From contig NW_005434464.1 in assembly GCF_000315625.1 (NCBI RefSeq), forward strand, positions 6,181 to 70,180: 64,000 nt of DNA, in the 5' to 3' direction. The stretch is from Guillardia theta CCMP2712 (lineage: Eukaryota; Protista; Cryptophyta). The translations under genes were made by a program, and so were the position numbers. Below the pieces are notes generated by a model. The model saw only the letters and a program-made list of their open reading frames with translations, did no database searches and was not told the DNA's origin. Positions 61,282 to 64,000 of this stretch are shown piece by piece (the stretch's first letter is position 1; the number at the start of each line of letters is the position of its first letter).

Positions 61282-63968
61282 ATGCATACCCTCTTCACCC
61301 ATGAACCGGCGTTGAATTCGTGTTTCGTCATTGCCTCCCTGCGACTGGAAAGCGGAAGATGTCATGCAGCGAGTAAGGCTGGGCTCAAGATCGCGAGCAC
61401 ATCTCGAGCTTCTATTCGATATCCAATGTTCCAATCATATGCTCACATCGCCTATCAGCATCTTGTGTATCAATTTGATTAGTTGATGACGGTAGAAATT
61501 GTTTCTGCACATTGACCCGGCAATCGGCTTGATGATTACAATCATGTTTGTCAGACAGAATCATGGGTTTGTACCATTTTTGATCAGATACTTTTATCAA
61601 TTTCACTGTTCATGGTGCAAGATACCAACATACTCAGAGCTCGGGAGTCCATAGGTGACAGACTCGTTTGACCCTCCCAATAGCTTCTTGCTCTGGTGGC
61701 GCACATGTAATGATGGATGTCTTGAATCAATACTGAATAGAATGGGCTGGAGCAACAAGAATGAGCGAATGAGCGACTTTGTGGAGGGAAGGGATCGAAA
61801 ACCACAGGGTGCCGTACAAGAGGACAGGGCAAATGGTCAGGACAATTGGAGGCATAGTGGTATATATACCAGCAGGGGGCCTGAACGAGTAACTCGGCGG
61901 CTGGTCAAGGTGTATATCACCCCAACCTTTTTTAGAACCCGAGGGCACTAACAGATTGTAGAGGGGGTCCATAGACTCCCCGGATCGATTCTCATTTATT
62001 TTCCCCCTCTCATGCATGCTGTGCACTGATATGATGTTCAGAACTCTAGAGTGTTGTAGACAGTAGCAGCTTCGCATGCAGCGAGTAGCAATACTCTGTA
62101 ACACGATTGTTCTTGGTCAAGGCATCAACAGAAGGTACGCATTTCATTAAGCATGATCTATGACTCTGCAAATGCGCTGGAAAGTTGCATGCAGATCTAT
62201 TGTGACACGAAGTAAACTCAGCATGATGATGTGACGCAGAAAAGCTCACTCCATACAGGTTGTCAACTCTCACGATGTAAGGATATGAAGTCAAGCTATG
62301 TATGCAACATTGAGATACGTTGCTTCAGATGTGATCCACTGTCATGAATTCATTCAAATCGTCTTTTCTCCACATGTTGAGCACCAACAGCAAGTAGTCG
62401 ATACACTTAGATCATCCCTACATAATTTTCTTTTGTCGTGAAACTTATTCCGCAGTCGATATCGTCACGAGCATGTAATATCTTACATGTGTTCATTGTT
62501 CTGCTAGGAAGGAAGGTGCCAAGCAAAAAAAGTGCTGTGTTGCTTGTTCATGTTGATGCACGAAGCTTACCTGATACACAAACATGAGAAGGTCAATCTT
62601 CACTTGATCTCAGCTCACTGGATCCGTGATGGAACTGTTAGCGGCAATCTGTTTTGAGAAAAAGATTGCCGCTAACAGTTTGCGCATCTTCAAGAATGTT
62701 GTTCAAGCTGGAATTCGGGTTCTAAACAATCTAGACAATATAACGTCTGTCATCAACCTGTATGTGGAGTAGCAATGCCAACCTGAGTGCATCACCACAT
62801 GTAATATGTGCAAGTGCAGCGTTGAAAAGGGCACAGCTTTGGGCATCCTGATCCATGCACGATGACTGCTCGCCGGGAAGCAGGATCTGTCACTAAAGTA
62901 TCCAGTCCCCTTCATCCGAGAAAATTTCAAAAGGCTCGCATTTGCAAGTGATCAACGTGGCACATGACAATTCTTGCTTGGAATCATTTTCTTTTCCTAT
63001 CATGGCAAACTTGATGATCTGTTACACAGCATCATCTACATCATACAGAATCCGACATCAATAACGCGTCCATGATCGGACGGTCGGACGTAGATCGGAC
63101 CGGTAGGCTAATCATAAGTTTAGTAGTATCACGGTCCAGTGTTCACAACGAAAACACAGTGATCAGAACATTGAAAAGTTTGTCTGGAGCGTGCTGTTCT
63201 GCAAGCCTTGCGGCGCAGGGAGTGCGGCAAACATAAATGAGAGGGGGAAAATAAATGAGAATCGATCCGGGGAGTCTATGGACCCCCTCTACAATCTGTT
63301 AGTGCCCTCGGGTTCTAAAAAAGGTTGGGGTGATATACACCTTGACCAGCCGCCGAGTTACTCGTTCAGGCCCCCTGCTGGTATATATACCACTATGCCT
63401 CCAATTGTCCTGACCATTTGCCCTGTCCTCTTGTACGGCACCCTGTGGTTTTCGATCCCTTCCCTCCACAAAGTCGCTCATTCGCTCATTCTTGTTGCTC
63501 CAGCCCATTCTATTCAGTATTGATTCAAGACATCCATCATTACATGTGCGCCACCAGAGCAAGAAGCTATTGGGAGGGTCAAACGAGTCTGTCACCTATG
63601 GACTCCCGAGCTCTGAGTATGTTGGTATCTTGCACCATGAACAGTGAAATTGATAAAAGTATCTGATCAAAAATGGTACAAACCCATGATTCTGTCTGAC
63701 AAACATGATTGTAATCATCAAGCCGATTGCCGGGTCAATGTGCAGAAACAATTTCTACCGTCATCAACTAATCAAATTGATACACAAGATGCTGATAGGC
63801 GATGTGAGCATATGATTGGAACATTGGATATCGAATAGAAGCTCGAGATGTGCTCGCGATCTTGAGCCCAGCCTTACTCGCTGCATGACATCTTCCGCTT
63901 TCCAGTCGCAGGGAGGCAATGACGAAACACGAATTCAACGCCGGTTCATGGGTGAAGAGGGTATGCAT
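61282..63968. mobile_element. Long inverted-repeat structure (732-bp arms 61282-62013 and 63237-63968; 1223-bp spacer); candidate non-autonomous foldback/TIR element
   Basis: Arms are reverse complements and produce mirrored identical ORFs in the ORF track. No transposase recognised. Confidence 0.6.
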
Positions 63969-64000
63969 TCGCTAGCCATTCTAGAAGGAGCGTGCCGTTC

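Noticed and set aside
61249-63968. Mirrored short ORFs in the inverted arms and spacer as a transposase
   Set aside because: No DDE, HUH, tyrosine recombinase or RT motifs recognised.

Overview
Eukaryotic nuclear DNA: gene-dense, many short (~45-60 nt) GT-AG introns, (CCTGCT)n and (GAG)n microsatellites. Gene content and style suggest a cryptophyte alga such as Guillardia theta (inference, not verified). Recognisable genes: KLHDC4-like kelch protein, MKS1, an ammonium transporter, a DAO-family oxidoreductase, mitochondrial-type ribosomal proteins L7/L12 and L11, a TTLL glutamylase, PAT1-like, ankyrin, CRAL-TRIO, ARM-repeat, an ABCB half-transporter, a HEI10-like RING protein and a VDAC-type porin. 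A ~10 kb accessory block (13.5-23.7 kb) holds a frameshifted CRE/SLACS-type non-LTR retrotransposon abutting an AT-rich, intronless, virus-like island. The island encodes a ~1600-codon collagen/PA14/LamG fibre-like protein and ends in a perfect 51-bp palindrome. Highlights: (1) the porin carries a signal-peptide-like leader ending in the ubiquitin C-terminal motif LRLRGG fused directly to its mature N-terminus, with a related LRIKGG in a second leader-bearing protein; (2) isolated copies of the retroelement's 3' terminus recur next to GC-rich patches built from shuffled short words and perfect palindromes, and similar words seem to have been inserted into two ORFs; (3) a 732-bp inverted repeat pair at the right end. 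Exon boundaries were read by eye and many gene ends are approximate.
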